DNA from: a virus
Lineage: Duplodnaviria > Caudoviricetes
Direction: 5' to 3' (one strand)
Length of the DNA: 64,000 bases
Virus record (IMG/VR): IMGVR_UViG_3300021514_000002
Coordinates: 96,001 to 160,000 of that record
Shown piece after piece: positions 34,601 through 45,729 of the stretch; position 1 is the stretch's first letter; every line of letters begins with the position of its first letter. The notes beneath the pieces were generated by a model, which was given only the letters and a program-made list of their open reading frames with translations, did not search any database and had not been told where the DNA came from. Position numbers and translations under genes: made by a program.

Positions 34601-36875
34601 CTTAATAGGTATTAGTTTCTTAATAAACATTATATTGTTTGCGTATGCCCTTCTGAATATCCTGAATCGGGATGCTTTCCATCATACCATTCTGTGGTTC
34701 TACCATCCCGCTTATGTTCATATAATGAACATTTCTCACACTTATGTTCTAATGGGAGCATAAAGAAACTATGTGCGGTTATTTTCCATTTGTGCCAACC
34801 TAACTTACATAAAATATTCATTTTTTTATTTCTCTTTTTCTTGAGGCCGTAATGATAGTTGTTCCATTTCAGTTAAATCACCGTCACAATCTTCATTATT
34901 AAATTGTTCTTTTGCTTCCTTTTCAGCATCTTCTTTTTCCCATCCATTAACGATTAATTTCAAGGCAAAATCTTCTTCATTCATCATCCGTTACTTCCAT
35001 TTTCTTAATATACCATTCATGGTTCATTATCCTATCGTTAATTAATATGCCCGGTTGTAACCTAATTATATCAGGGTGTCAAGGTCTTAATATTAATCAA
35101 TACAGGGTTTAATCTTATAGTTATACGATGCCCTTTATCTGGACGCGTTCCATCCGAATTCATTTGACCTAATAACCACTCTTTTCCACAGTCTTTACAA
35201 ACTATGACATTGCATATTCGTTTATTACTGGGGATATGTTCACCTTCAATATATTCAGGATATTTTTTGGTCATACATCGTCCCCTTAAAACCTTCCATA
35301 TTTTTTAAATCTTTTATGTAGGTCATATTTTAATTTCATCAGGGCAAACTGAAGTCCTGCGTAAACAATTAATCCTGCTATACATAACCAATGAATCAAT
35401 GGTATAATTACTTCCATTATAATGCCTCATTTAAATTGACTTCTACGCCATCAATTAATTTCTTAATATCATCAACTTCTTCCTGTGTGAATGGTTTACA
35501 CACTTTAAGCAATTCATCAAAACTTAAATTAACAATTTTCTCAAATTCTTCAAGTTTATAAAAAAATTCAATGGTGTCATTTATTGCAGTTATCCTCTCA
35601 TCGTATTCGTCAACACACATTTGATGAAATTTAGCATCACCAATACGTGGGTTTTCATCCCTGTATTTTTGATGACAATCGCGCCACTGTACATGTGTTT
35701 CGCGCGAATATTCAAGATTAGGCAATAATGCTTTTAATTTCACAATAAAATATTTAGGTTCATTCATTATATCAGTTTTCCAAAAATTCAACATAAGGGG
35801 CGAAACTAGCAACGTAATTCCCTATAGGTTTATTCCCATCTTCGTTACATTCTTTACATACAGTCATAGAAACAGGTTGACCCATACAACCACATTCCCT
35901 GCCATCACAACACCCTTGTAATATGTAATGCTCATCATCACAATAACTACAGATTGGTTTATTCATCCTTATACATTAGTCTTTACCCTTTACTATGTCA
36001 CTAGATAAATCAGCTGCCCATCTTTCAATATCTTCGGGCGGCTTAACTTTGGCAACTTCCTTGGCTAACTCTATCATACTATCGGATAATGCAAAAGCGC
36101 CGCTGGCCTCATCTATCTCTTTTTTTGTAAAACCAAGCGGCTCAAGAACGTCATAAATTGTTGGTAATTGATCTGTGTCTTCATCATAAAAATCCTGTGT
36201 AACATTCTCCCAATAAGGGTCATCACGATCAGTCATTCTCATGATAAGCTTTAAAGATTGTTCTCTAGTAATATTAATTTTTTTCATATCTGCTTATTAT
36301 CCATCTAGTTTCCATTTTACAATTCCCTTCTGCACTAATTGACATATTAAATTTGAATTGTAGATTAGGGTCAATTCTTGCCCGTAAACATAATTCTTTT
36401 GCTTCTTCATTTATCACATGAACGATCATATCTTGTTCTGCTTCGGTCGGAATCCTATCATGTAACTTTAAAGATAATGATTCGTCCATAAAATTCGCAA
36501 TTTTTGTTTCTATTAATTGAAGTTCAACAATTGAAAACATAATCACACCACTTGCTCTCTTTTGGCTTCACTGGTCTGTAATTATTCACTGTCATCCCCA
36601 TTTTCTAATAAATGCTCAATGAGCTTGTCCTTGGCTTCTATTTCTTCCTGTAATTTTTTAATCTTGAAAGGTGCATTTGCTATAAATTCAGCAACGGCTT
36701 CCCTTTCATCTTCTGGAACATCATCATGAATAATGGCGATGTAATGGGCACCCCAATTACAGATACGTCCAACAGAGCATTCGTCAATACAATCGCCATC
36801 AGGATCTTTATAAGTACATGATGATTGCCAACCTGATAAAATATCATCAATTGAAATATGTATTAAATCACTCAT
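28671..36875 (-). other. Long run of small hypothetical minus-strand ORFs (accessory region); isolated + strand genes at 28426..28674 and 34173..34523
   Basis: Dozens of 60-150 aa ORFs with ATGA-type overlaps and AGGAG-like SDs. Confidence 0.6.
29395..29853 (-). CDS. YopX-family phage protein
   Basis: KCRAWDK...LMLCTGL...IYAGDII...EIIGNIYENPEL. Confidence 0.85.
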   Translation of the reverse strand: MNIKCRAWDKRFNMMIYQLADGYKLNLNGRIDVLDYANNVMRESDEFILMLCTGLETKVETPIYAGDIITVLNKSHNKEIPETWTGEVRMGNFNGSWCVYRNVDVSIAQDRSAIQPQGIPIFNFINFGCGLIPDFDFEIIGNIYENPELKDE

Positions 36876-37103
36876 AAACCACCTTTGTTATGTTCTATTA
36901 CTTATTAATTGTGACGCCATTTTTAATTGTTCTTGGCATTTACAACAAGATAAATAAGCATCACTGCGACATTCAACAACGCCTGCGCCGGTTATTCTAA
37001 TACCTTCTTTTTGAGGACATTTCTTTTTAGGATCTTTATCGCAATTCGTATTCATAATCGTTTCCTTATCTAAAACTACTCATCCTAATTTCCCCATTGT
37101 AAC

Positions 37104-37664
37104 CTAATTCTGTTTTGAATTATAATTAGGATCACGAATATTTCGTTTTAATGCTTCAGTAGCTTCTTCAGGCGTGTTGCCCTGACCATAAAATGATCTG
37201 TTGTCTGAAATCCGTTTTCCCCAACATCCCCAATAGTCCTCTTCCATGGCTTGACAACCTTCATCCCCTTGAACGTGATATGGTGTATCAAAAATATAGT
37301 CATCTAAATTTACAGGGTCATTCCTGTCATTATTAATATACGTTATGTTCTTATGAAGTTCTGTGGCAATTTTAATTTCATCTGCGACACCCGTCGATTC
37401 TTTCCATCCGTCAAGGCACAATACATAGACTTCCTTTGCACTAGCAATCATCGTTCTACAATGATTCCGCCAAAATGCATAATTCGTTGGTAAGGTATGG
37501 TTTTTAGTAAGATGATGCATAGCAACGATTGTTGAATATGCAATTTTTCCTTCTAATGTTAAATTAACAAGGAAGGTTTCTGCTTTTTCTACCCGTTCCT
37601 GTACAACAACAGGATTATCATGGGTATATGGACTTATTACAAATACATCATACATTGGAATCAA
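37104..37664 (-). CDS. DUF1937 (nucleoside deoxyribosyltransferase-like) protein with C-terminal extension
   Basis: ISPYTH, VYVLCLDGWKESTGVADEI motifs. Confidence 0.7.
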   Translation of the reverse strand: MIPMYDVFVISPYTHDNPVVVQERVEKAETFLVNLTLEGKIAYSTIVAMHHLTKNHTLPTNYAFWRNHCRTMIASAKEVYVLCLDGWKESTGVADEIKIATELHKNITYINNDRNDPVNLDDYIFDTPYHVQGDEGCQAMEEDYWGCWGKRISDNRSFYGQGNTPEEATEALKRNIRDPNYNSKQN

Positions 37665-38492
37665 TCACCTCTTGGTATTGTTGCCACCAGTGCTTCTACC
37701 GCACTTACGATATCGTTTACTTCAAAATCACGTCTAGTATCACCTAAGATATATCTAATTCGGTGGATGGCTTCTTCCCATCTGTCTTTGCGAACAACCT
37801 CACCGTCGCCACGAAATTCATAATCCGCAGGGTCTTTGCCTTGAAACTCCCGTTTCCTAAAATCATTTTCTGTAACTTCACGTTTATCAGTTGATTTCAT
37901 TTAATTTTCCTATATTGCATCAATGTCAGTGATATCAGTTTTTTCACTGTCAAAGTTTTCACTAACATATTTTACATCCATAAATGAACACGGATACACA
38001 TGCATAGTAATAGTGTTATGTTTAGTTTCGCCATGCTTTTTAGCGTATTCAACCGCTTGCTTTAATTCTTTTAATGTTATATTAAATCTTTCTGGTTTAT
38101 TCATTTTAACTACCTTGCTTGTCTTCTAAAGCATATTCCATAGCATCTTCAAATGCACATCCCGAATCATTATATTTCAATATATAATCAATTCTATACT
38201 TGTCATAGGAAGTTATAAGGAATAGTTCACGGAGTTCTTCTTTTGTAACCTTATACAATAGACCATCCAGCACAAGGTATTCTTCACAGAATCCTTGTAA
38301 CAGCTTTTCTGTATAATCTCTGTATCCAGATAGCTTATGCCCTAACTTCGGTTTAATAGAAATCAAGACACTCTGACACAATTCTTCCAGCGTTTGACCA
38401 TTATGTTCAAAAGGAATAAGTTCTAAAGTTCCCCGTACAAAAGCAGTTGCCATCAGTTATCTCCAAATTTATTAATAATACAACAATTGTAA

Positions 38493-38579
38493 CCTAATTC
38501 ACTATTATGTCTTTTACATGAGGAACATTCACCACAATGTCCTTTCTTACCAGATTCACGGTAATAAATTAGATTCATT
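38493..38579 (-). repeat. Diverged duplicate of the 3' end of the QueC-like gene (39271..39357)
   Basis: gaacattcaccaca...tttcttaccagattcac.gtaataaattag.ttcatt occurs twice, 778 bp apart. Confidence 0.85.
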
Positions 38580-39260
38580 GCGTCTTCCTTGTTTCGCGTC
38601 TTATGTTAATTTTCCATTCGTTAGAATTTAACTCTGTAACGCTAGGTCTATAATTATTACCTGTTTCATCAGCTATAGTATTATGCAATAAATGGATATA
38701 CTGGTGTGGTTTCCAATAAGATAGTGTAACTTCTTTTTTATCAAAAACTAGTGTTAACGCTTCATCAAATTTCATTATCGTTCTTCTTTGGTTTAGGGGT
38801 GTTATAATAAAGCTTCTTATTACAATGAATACAGTGTGTAAAATTTACAACACCAAAAAATTCAGAATCGTACTTCTTATCGCTTTCGTGCCAACCAATA
38901 AAACATAGTATTTTCGTAGGTAGTTTCATCTTAATATTATAACCTAATCCTAATAAGTTGTCAAGTCTTGCCTAACTCATCACGGTTCGTCCTTATTGAA
39001 ATATTCAAACGCAGCATTACATACAGCTTCGTTGATTGTTTCTTCTTCTTCATACATTATTTGCATTAAAGCACCCCAATCATCCCAAGTTAAACTTTCT
39101 TTCAGCTTCTCCATTATCTCAACCATTTGGTCGTTGTTTGTTAATGGGTAGTATCTGCTGCCACCAAACGTTGGCGAACCTAAATATAATATTCCGTCCG
39201 TAGTGATATAGTTAGGGAAAAGTTCCATCCCTTCTGCAATCACTTTTAACTGTTCTGGTT

Positions 39261-39857
39261 TCATTCTATGCCTAACTCATTATCGTGCCTTTTGCACGAT
39301 GAACATTCACCACAGTTTCCTTTCTTACCAGATTCACAGTAATAAATTAGGTTCATTATTTGCTCATAGTATATAAAATCTTTCAAATCGTTAATTAAAT
39401 CTACCTTAGTTTTCCATTCGTATGGAAATACCAATGGCACAGTGTCACCATCACATACTAGATTATTCATCGCATCGTAAACAGCATGGATTTCGGTCTT
39501 GTAGTGCCATGCAGCATCGTATTTAATAAAGGCAATATTGACGCCACAATGAGTATTAATATTGGCGATATAAGCCACTGCAGTAATCCAAAGGGCAGGT
39601 TGAACATACATCGTTTTAGTTACCGAAATAGTATTGTATCCAAAACTATGTTCATTAACAATTTTCCCTTTAAGGTTAGCATCGTTAATAATACATCTTA
39701 ATTTTCTAATGGCGGTTTTTTCATGTCTTTGTTGATTTTCATTATTTTTCAAATCAACATACATAATGTCAATATCGCCTTGGGTTAACAATTCAATAAC
39801 CAGACAGGTACTATCCGTTCCACCTGACCATAATACTAATGGACGTTTATCACACAT
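39261..39857 (-). CDS. QueC-like PP-loop ATPase (7-cyano-7-deazaguanine synthase-like)
   Basis: LWSGGTDS PP-loop and C-terminal C-x7-CGECSSC zinc motif. Confidence 0.7.
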   Translation of the reverse strand: MCDKRPLVLWSGGTDSTCLVIELLTQGDIDIMYVDLKNNENQQRHEKTAIRKLRCIINDANLKGKIVNEHSFGYNTISVTKTMYVQPALWITAVAYIANINTHCGVNIAFIKYDAAWHYKTEIHAVYDAMNNLVCDGDTVPLVFPYEWKTKVDLINDLKDFIYYEQIMNLIYYCESGKKGNCGECSSCKRHDNELGIE

Positions 39858-40702
39858 TAATTACCTCCAATAGGTAATAATTACATCCCAAAATGTAGAA
39901 TAGTTCTTTTTGTTCCAATGGAATGTTCATACAATAGCCATCGCGTCATCAAAATTGTTTGAACCCATATTAACCATATCAAATTGTGCTGCAACAAATT
40001 CTATTGCAAATTTAGTGGCAAACGTACAATCATAACCCATTGGGTTATCATCAGGTTTAAGTGATATGACTTTTGATTCACCTATTGACCATATCCGAAC
40101 CCTATATTCTTTTCCTTTAGTAAATCGCCTATTACCAAATTGTTCATTAAAATGGTCATATTTTGCTATAAGAATATCACCCGTTTTAAGGTTTTCTACT
40201 TCTGCTCTTAACATATTATCCTTTTACTTTTTGTACAAACATTTGCTTAACTTCAGTTAAGTGTTTAATCCAAACATCAACAGACTCTTCATTTAAAAAT
40301 GTGATATTCAACACCTCAATATTGGTTGGCATTTCACCGCCTTCGACGGGCAACCCAACTTCGCCCTTACCATTATTACCAACTGATAGACAGGGAACAT
40401 CGCCAAGCAATCCCGAGTGGACTGCAAATTTTCCTTCACCACATTCAATTCTTAAACTTTCCACGGTGTTTTCAGGCTTATAGCGTACGCTCATATATGA
40501 TAATTCTTCACATGCTTCTTCAACACTTTCGTACATATCCCAATCAAAGTCTTCCCATCCTGTAAATGTATAAACCTGTAATTCTTCACCATATCTTAAA
40601 CTTCTCATTCCAATTTCCCATTGCGCTTGTTAATTAAATATTAATTGTAATCTAATTCTTTTAATGTGTCAAGGACTAAACATCGTAGACAATTACACGG
40701 CT

Positions 40703-42079
40703 TTATATTAATTTTACAATTTTTGATTCTATTTTTTCTACGCATTGTTTTAAAACATATTCAGGATCGCCTATATTATCCATTATAATAGCTTGTAATG
40801 TTGCAGGTGCCATATGTTTATTAAATTCTATAAACGATGGTATTACAAAATCAGGATAAAAATTATCAAAAAATCCCTTAAAACAATCATGTGTTAAATA
40901 TCCAATTTCAACACTTATATTGAACCTACCTCTGCGTGTCAGTGCAGAATCTAACTGGTTTATGTGATTTGTAGTCGCAATCAATATTCGACCATCAGAT
41001 GCCATTATACCATCTATTACATTTAATAATCCAGATAATGATAACATTGAAAATTCCTCGCTATTTTGTTCATCATTGCTATCTCTACTTTTAGTTACTG
41101 AATACGTATCAATATCTTCTATTAATAATAAAGAATTTCTAGGTAAAAGAGCGAGAGCTTCTTCTAATGTGTCATCCCTTATACCAGATAAACTTAAAAT
41201 GTACAGGGGTTTTTCAAATTTATCGCATAACGCTCTAACTAAAGACGTTTTCCCCGTACCAGGCATACCATATAAAATTACCCCTGTGCGGTAGGGAATC
41301 CCATGTTTCATATACCATTCCCGACTATTTAAAAACGTATCTATATGTTCGACTATTTCATTTTTCGTTTCTTTTGGTAAAATAACTGAACTGAATTTTC
41401 GTCGAGGTTGTCTAGCGTAAGATTTCCAATAACCATCTTTGTTGCCATTCCATTTGTATATTTGGGTCAAGTCCTTATCTACTTTTTTAGGGGTAATTTC
41501 AATAAGTAGTTGATGAAACTTTATTTGGGATCTTCCAAATGTAGTTAAATATATAGATTCTTTAACTTCTTTCGTATTATTGGCGTCTTTTAGTTCCCTG
41601 ACAAATCTAAATGGTTTCCCATCAAACATGAAATAATGAGTACCATATCCAGATGATATATCTAATCCACGGTCAGATGTATCACCATACCAAGAATAAA
41701 TTTGATTTTTTGCTACAAGAGTTCTGGATTTTGAACTTCGGCCAGTAGTATGGTACCAACGTAAAAAATTATCATAGACATCATCTACGTTGTTTAATGT
41801 CAATGTTACTGTCGTTTGTTTTACTACCATTTCCCAAATTGATTTTGGAATTCCCCGTGCAAAAAATGAAGCTGACCCTAATGCCCAAAGACTTATTGCG
41901 CCTGCGACCATAGGATTTTGTTTATTTAACCATACAAACAACGAACTTCCAATTAATTTAATATTGTCAAAACTCGTATAAGTGTAATATATTAATAAAC
42001 ATATCATACTTAATAACAATACAATGATTACGTTTATACGCGAAAATAACTTAATTTCATTTGTCTGCATTTTTAACAC
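40703..42079 (-). CDS. BCS1-like membrane-anchored AAA+ ATPase
   Basis: N-terminal TM segments, GMPGTGKTS Walker A, LLIEDID Walker B, LLNVIDG and LDSALTRRGRF. Confidence 0.85.
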   Translation of the reverse strand: MLKMQTNEIKLFSRINVIIVLLLSMICLLIYYTYTSFDNIKLIGSSLFVWLNKQNPMVAGAISLWALGSASFFARGIPKSIWEMVVKQTTVTLTLNNVDDVYDNFLRWYHTTGRSSKSRTLVAKNQIYSWYGDTSDRGLDISSGYGTHYFMFDGKPFRFVRELKDANNTKEVKESIYLTTFGRSQIKFHQLLIEITPKKVDKDLTQIYKWNGNKDGYWKSYARQPRRKFSSVILPKETKNEIVEHIDTFLNSREWYMKHGIPYRTGVILYGMPGTGKTSLVRALCDKFEKPLYILSLSGIRDDTLEEALALLPRNSLLLIEDIDTYSVTKSRDSNDEQNSEEFSMLSLSGLLNVIDGIMASDGRILIATTNHINQLDSALTRRGRFNISVEIGYLTHDCFKGFFDNFYPDFVIPSFIEFNKHMAPATLQAIIMDNIGDPEYVLKQCVEKIESKIVKLI

Positions 42080-42891
42080 TGTACTTTCCTAAAATCGTTT
42101 TCTGTAGCTGCGGTTATTAGTCATTTTAATGATTTGAATCCTATAAACCCGCCAAGGAGGAGACCAACAATAGCACCATAATTACCAAAAATGGAAACGA
42201 AAAGAATCCCACCACCCATGGCTGTTGCTATTGTTGTATTATGTGATAATTTTGCAAAGAATGACATGTTTTTAACACGCTTCGCCTGTCTTAGCAGTCC
42301 AACTCCGTGCCAATGTTTCCACCTCTACGTTTGGTGTAAATTTGCCCGTTTCTACAAAAATCCAAAAACCTGCGTATGGCTTCTGAACTTCTAGGCGGTT
42401 TGTCTTTTTCCACCATAACATCCCTGTTTCTACATCTACCAAAGCATGATAGATATAATTTAAATAAGAGTTGCCCGTTGTTTTCGTTAATTCAAAATTT
42501 GTAATTTTCATTGTATCCCCCTTTTATGCGTTAAGTGTAAGTTAATTCAGGGATAATGTCAAGACTTTAACCTAAAACCGCTTCAGGTTTCTAGACAATA
42601 CCACTGGCCTCGGCTTCAAGCAATACCAATATTCCCTTAGCCGTAATTGTAGGATGTGTCATGAATGCCTGTAGCCGTTCACTGCCTATATCAATCAGGT
42701 CGAGGCTGGCCAATGAAAAAAGCTCGTCAAAGCTACAATCTGCTTTTTTGCAAATGTCCGCACCTTCCATGTCAGGCGTATCCCGTATCACACGAAGGGC
42801 AATAAATTGTTCATATCCAAGATTCATTATAACCCCTTTAAATTTAGAATTTGTAAAACAGCGAATATAATAACCTAATTGATATAAGATG

Positions 42892-43395
42892 TCAAGGCAA
42901 AACTTCATTTGACATTCCGCGAAAACGCTCTAATAAAAATAATAAAGAAGCCAACCCAAACAAAAAGTGCGCATGTCTTACTTTTGAATTCGCTTCTTTA
43001 ATTTCGCGTTCTTTGATACTACGTTGTTCTTTTAATTGTTTCCATTTTGCATAACGTTCTGGATTAGATGTTACCCACTTAAATTGATTATGTGATATTG
43101 TTGCGCGTTTACTATTGCAACCATTACATGCACAAGCTATATTAGACTTATGAAGCGTGCCACCTTGCGATCTCGGTAATAAGTGTTCTATGGTAGCAGT
43201 ACGGTGAAATACTTTATGAAATATTTTACGATCAGTCTCAAACCACAAATTCATTTCTCTTTCACACCAATAACATTTACCATCTTGTTTTTCGTATAGG
43301 TTTTTAAGTCGGCGCATATTACTCGACATCTTGAACGTTTTCTTACCAAGTTCAATCTGTAACATGAAATCACGTTGAAATGTAATACCACACAT
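42892..43395 (-). CDS. HNH endonuclease
   Basis: CYWC...TIEHLLPRSQGG...NIACACNGCN. Start probably near MLQIELG or MSSN. Confidence 0.8.
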   Translation of the reverse strand: MCGITFQRDFMLQIELGKKTFKMSSNMRRLKNLYEKQDGKCYWCEREMNLWFETDRKIFHKVFHRTATIEHLLPRSQGGTLHKSNIACACNGCNSKRATISHNQFKWVTSNPERYAKWKQLKEQRSIKEREIKEANSKVRHAHFLFGLASLLFLLERFRGMSNEVLP

Positions 43396-43424
43396 AAACT
43401 GTACCCCTTTATTAACTTGAATAC

Positions 43425-43453
43425 ATTATACGTAATTGTAACCTAATTGTCAA
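43425..43453 (-). promoter_or_regulatory. Consensus sigma70 promoter for the HNH gene
   Basis: TTGACA-attaggttacaattacg-TATAAT. Confidence 0.8.
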
Positions 43454-43512
43454 ATAATATTTCACAGTAAGTGTCATAATAAATTCAAAATATAACCAAT
43501 ATTTTCTTTTTG

Positions 43513-44022
43513 TTTGCCTTCTGCCTATACGGCAGTGAACAACTTTGAAGCTATCAAGCTTTTAAGTATTAACTTCTAAGCTGCCTATACGGCAGTGAAC
43601 CTAATAATGTAGCAGTAATTGTTTTGTCGTTCCTTCTAAGCTGCCTATACGGCAGTGAACATGACACAACAGCGAATACACTCGTCTATGTTTCTTCTAA
43701 GCTGCCTATACGGCAGTGAACTGATAGCCGCATACCTAGTGGGTTTTTTGAAAGCTTCTAAGCTGCCTATACGGCAGTGAACATACCATTGGATAGTGGA
43801 ACGGAAAGAGGCACCTTCTAAGCTGCCTATACGGCAGTGAACCTTCCCATACTTCCAACACTTTTAGTTTCGCACTTCTAAGCTGCCTATACGGCAGTGA
43901 ACGATAGAACCTATTCCAGTTATTCCAGTTAATCCTTCTAAGCTGCCTATACGGCAGTGAACATTAGTTACCCATAGGTCTTCTGCACTTGACGCTTCTA
44001 AGCTGCCTATACGGCAGTGAAC
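43513..44022 (-). CRISPR. Type I-F CRISPR array: 8 identical 28-nt repeats plus 1 degenerate trailer repeat; 8 unique spacers (32-33 nt)
   Basis: Repeat GTTCACTGCCGTATAGGCAGCTTAGAAG at 43573, 43633, 43694, 43755, 43815, 43875, 43935 and 43995. Degenerate copy at 43513-43540. Confidence 0.98.
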
Positions 44023-44155
44023 AGGGTGAATTTTACTAAAAACTTAACCAAAACAAACGGTTATAGCGTTTTATACTATTTGACCAATAAAAATCATGTG
44101 ATTCATAACGTATTGATAATGTTAACATTTTATAAATAAAATATTTCATTGGTCA
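44023..44155 (-). promoter_or_regulatory. CRISPR leader with IHF sites and inverted repeats
   Basis: Perfect WATCAANNNNTTR at 44106-44118, near match at 44051-44063, and a 12-bp inverted repeat (44081-44092/44144-44155). Confidence 0.7.
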
Positions 44156-44704
44156 AAACCAAGGTATAGTGGCATTTTTACTTAAACCAAAGCAATCAAA
44201 TTGTCCGACAGTTTGAACTTTTGTTAATTCTCCAAAAGTCAAATATCTGCGATGTTTATGTTTATTAGAATTACTTACTAATTCCATATATGGTTCATCA
44301 AGCCCATGGTTAAACATTTTATTTTTATACAATTTTATATCAGCAGTGGATATTGAGTTTCTTTTAATTAACCGTCGTAATTTAGCTTCAGTCATATTAG
44401 ATTGCTTACGAGAAATTATTCTATAAAGGCCGTTATCTGGTACTTTACGTATAATACCAATTAAACAATATTGCGCCAAATTGCCCAACCATTTAGTATT
44501 TTGGAAGTTTGTTAGTTCGTTTTCATTACCATGAATTCTTAACGTTTTCCCAAGTACTATATTATAATCAGGGAAACTAACGCCAATATTAGATGATTTT
44601 AACGAAAACAATCTCCAATGAAATTTAGTATAAACTTCATTAAGTAATACATTTTGACGAAATTTCTTATTAGGTTGTATTAATATATCGATATAATGTT
44701 TCAT
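44153..44704 (-). CDS. cas6f: Cas6f (Csy4) crRNA-processing endoribonuclease
   Basis: YIDI...IGVSFPDY...LRIHG, RRLIKR, and terminal FDCFGLSK.ATIPWF. The canonical catalytic His position reads FHWRL. Confidence 0.93.
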   Translation of the reverse strand: MKHYIDILIQPNKKFRQNVLLNEVYTKFHWRLFSLKSSNIGVSFPDYNIVLGKTLRIHGNENELTNFQNTKWLGNLAQYCLIGIIRKVPDNGLYRIISRKQSNMTEAKLRRLIKRNSISTADIKLYKNKMFNHGLDEPYMELVSNSNKHKHRRYLTFGELTKVQTVGQFDCFGLSKNATIPWF

Positions 44705-45720
44705 TAGTTTCTCCTTGGACGAGTATCAATATTAGAGACATAAGCCAAGCCTTTTTTACCCAAAGGGAAACTTGACACGCCAGCATTTTCAATCATAGTT
44801 TTTATTTCTGTTGCGTCTTCACGATTAATATCTATATAAATTTCAAGTGTTCCACTGGCTTTGGTTAGCATTGAAACTACTTCACCTTCACCTTTTATTC
44901 TTTCTTTTCGGATATACGGATTACCATATATTTTCTTTTTTTCCCCCGTGGTAAAACGATCCATAAAATCTTTTTTTGTAAAAAGACGTTTAGATATACC
45001 AGATATAACGCCTGTTTTGGTAATAGCGGTAGATATATCAAATGATTCGGAAAGTCTATTTAATTGCAAATAAATGGCAGAACAATATACATTTTCAATA
45101 ACAATTTCGCCTTTATTATTAACATAATTAGTGTCATTAAATTGTGTATCTAAATATTGTATGACTTTTTTTGCCTTACCTTGAACTATAATAGATTTAA
45201 TCTTTCTTAATTCATCAAACTTTTCACAAATTACAATCGGATCAAGTTTAATTAATTTGTCTACTTTGGTATCATCTAAAATGAAAGAATATAATTCATC
45301 AGTATCTAATGCTAATACCCCCCATAATTCTTGTGAATAATCTGATTGAAAAATAACGTCATCGGTCTTAATCATCCCTGTAAAAGAATTTTGATCAGTA
45401 CTGCCTGAAATATTTCGAATATAAGTCATTTCATTAGTTAATTCTGGATTATCCATAAATGTAACTAACTTTTCAATGTCTCGGAAATAATAATCACTTG
45501 TGCTACGGGAATGGTATAACTTTCTTTGATCACCAATAAGACGATTAATTACCCCCATCACAGTATTCAGTGTGATTTCCCGACGAATAAAATTCTTCGA
45601 GGTCTTTAAATTGGTCATTGAAGCAATAAATTTACGCCCCTTTTTAGGTAATGCCACATTATTGTCGCCATCCAGAAACGAATTTCTCCACGATGAATCA
45701 TAATTAATTAATATTTTCAT
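44704..45720 (-). CDS. cas5fv: Cas5fv (type I-F2 Cas5)
   Basis: [42 protein letters not shown] and [10 protein letters not shown] resemble Shewanella-type Cas5fv as recalled; length 338 aa. Confidence 0.9.
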   Translation of the reverse strand: MKILINYDSSWRNSFLDGDNNVALPKKGRKFIASMTNLKTSKNFIRREITLNTVMGVINRLIGDQRKLYHSRSTSDYYFRDIEKLVTFMDNPELTNEMTYIRNISGSTDQNSFTGMIKTDDVIFQSDYSQELWGVLALDTDELYSFILDDTKVDKLIKLDPIVICEKFDELRKIKSIIVQGKAKKVIQYLDTQFNDTNYVNNKGEIVIENVYCSAIYLQLNRLSESFDISTAITKTGVISGISKRLFTKKDFMDRFTTGEKKKIYGNPYIRKERIKGEGEVVSMLTKASGTLEIYIDINREDATEIKTMIENAGVSSFPLGKKGLAYVSNIDTRPRRN

Positions 45721-45729
45721 ATAAACACC

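Noticed and set aside
42892-43395. HNH nuclease next to the CRISPR array as an accessory Cas effector
   Set aside because: It has its own consensus promoter downstream of the array, Cas3 is intact, and HNH genes are scattered through the window. Adjacency alone is weak evidence.
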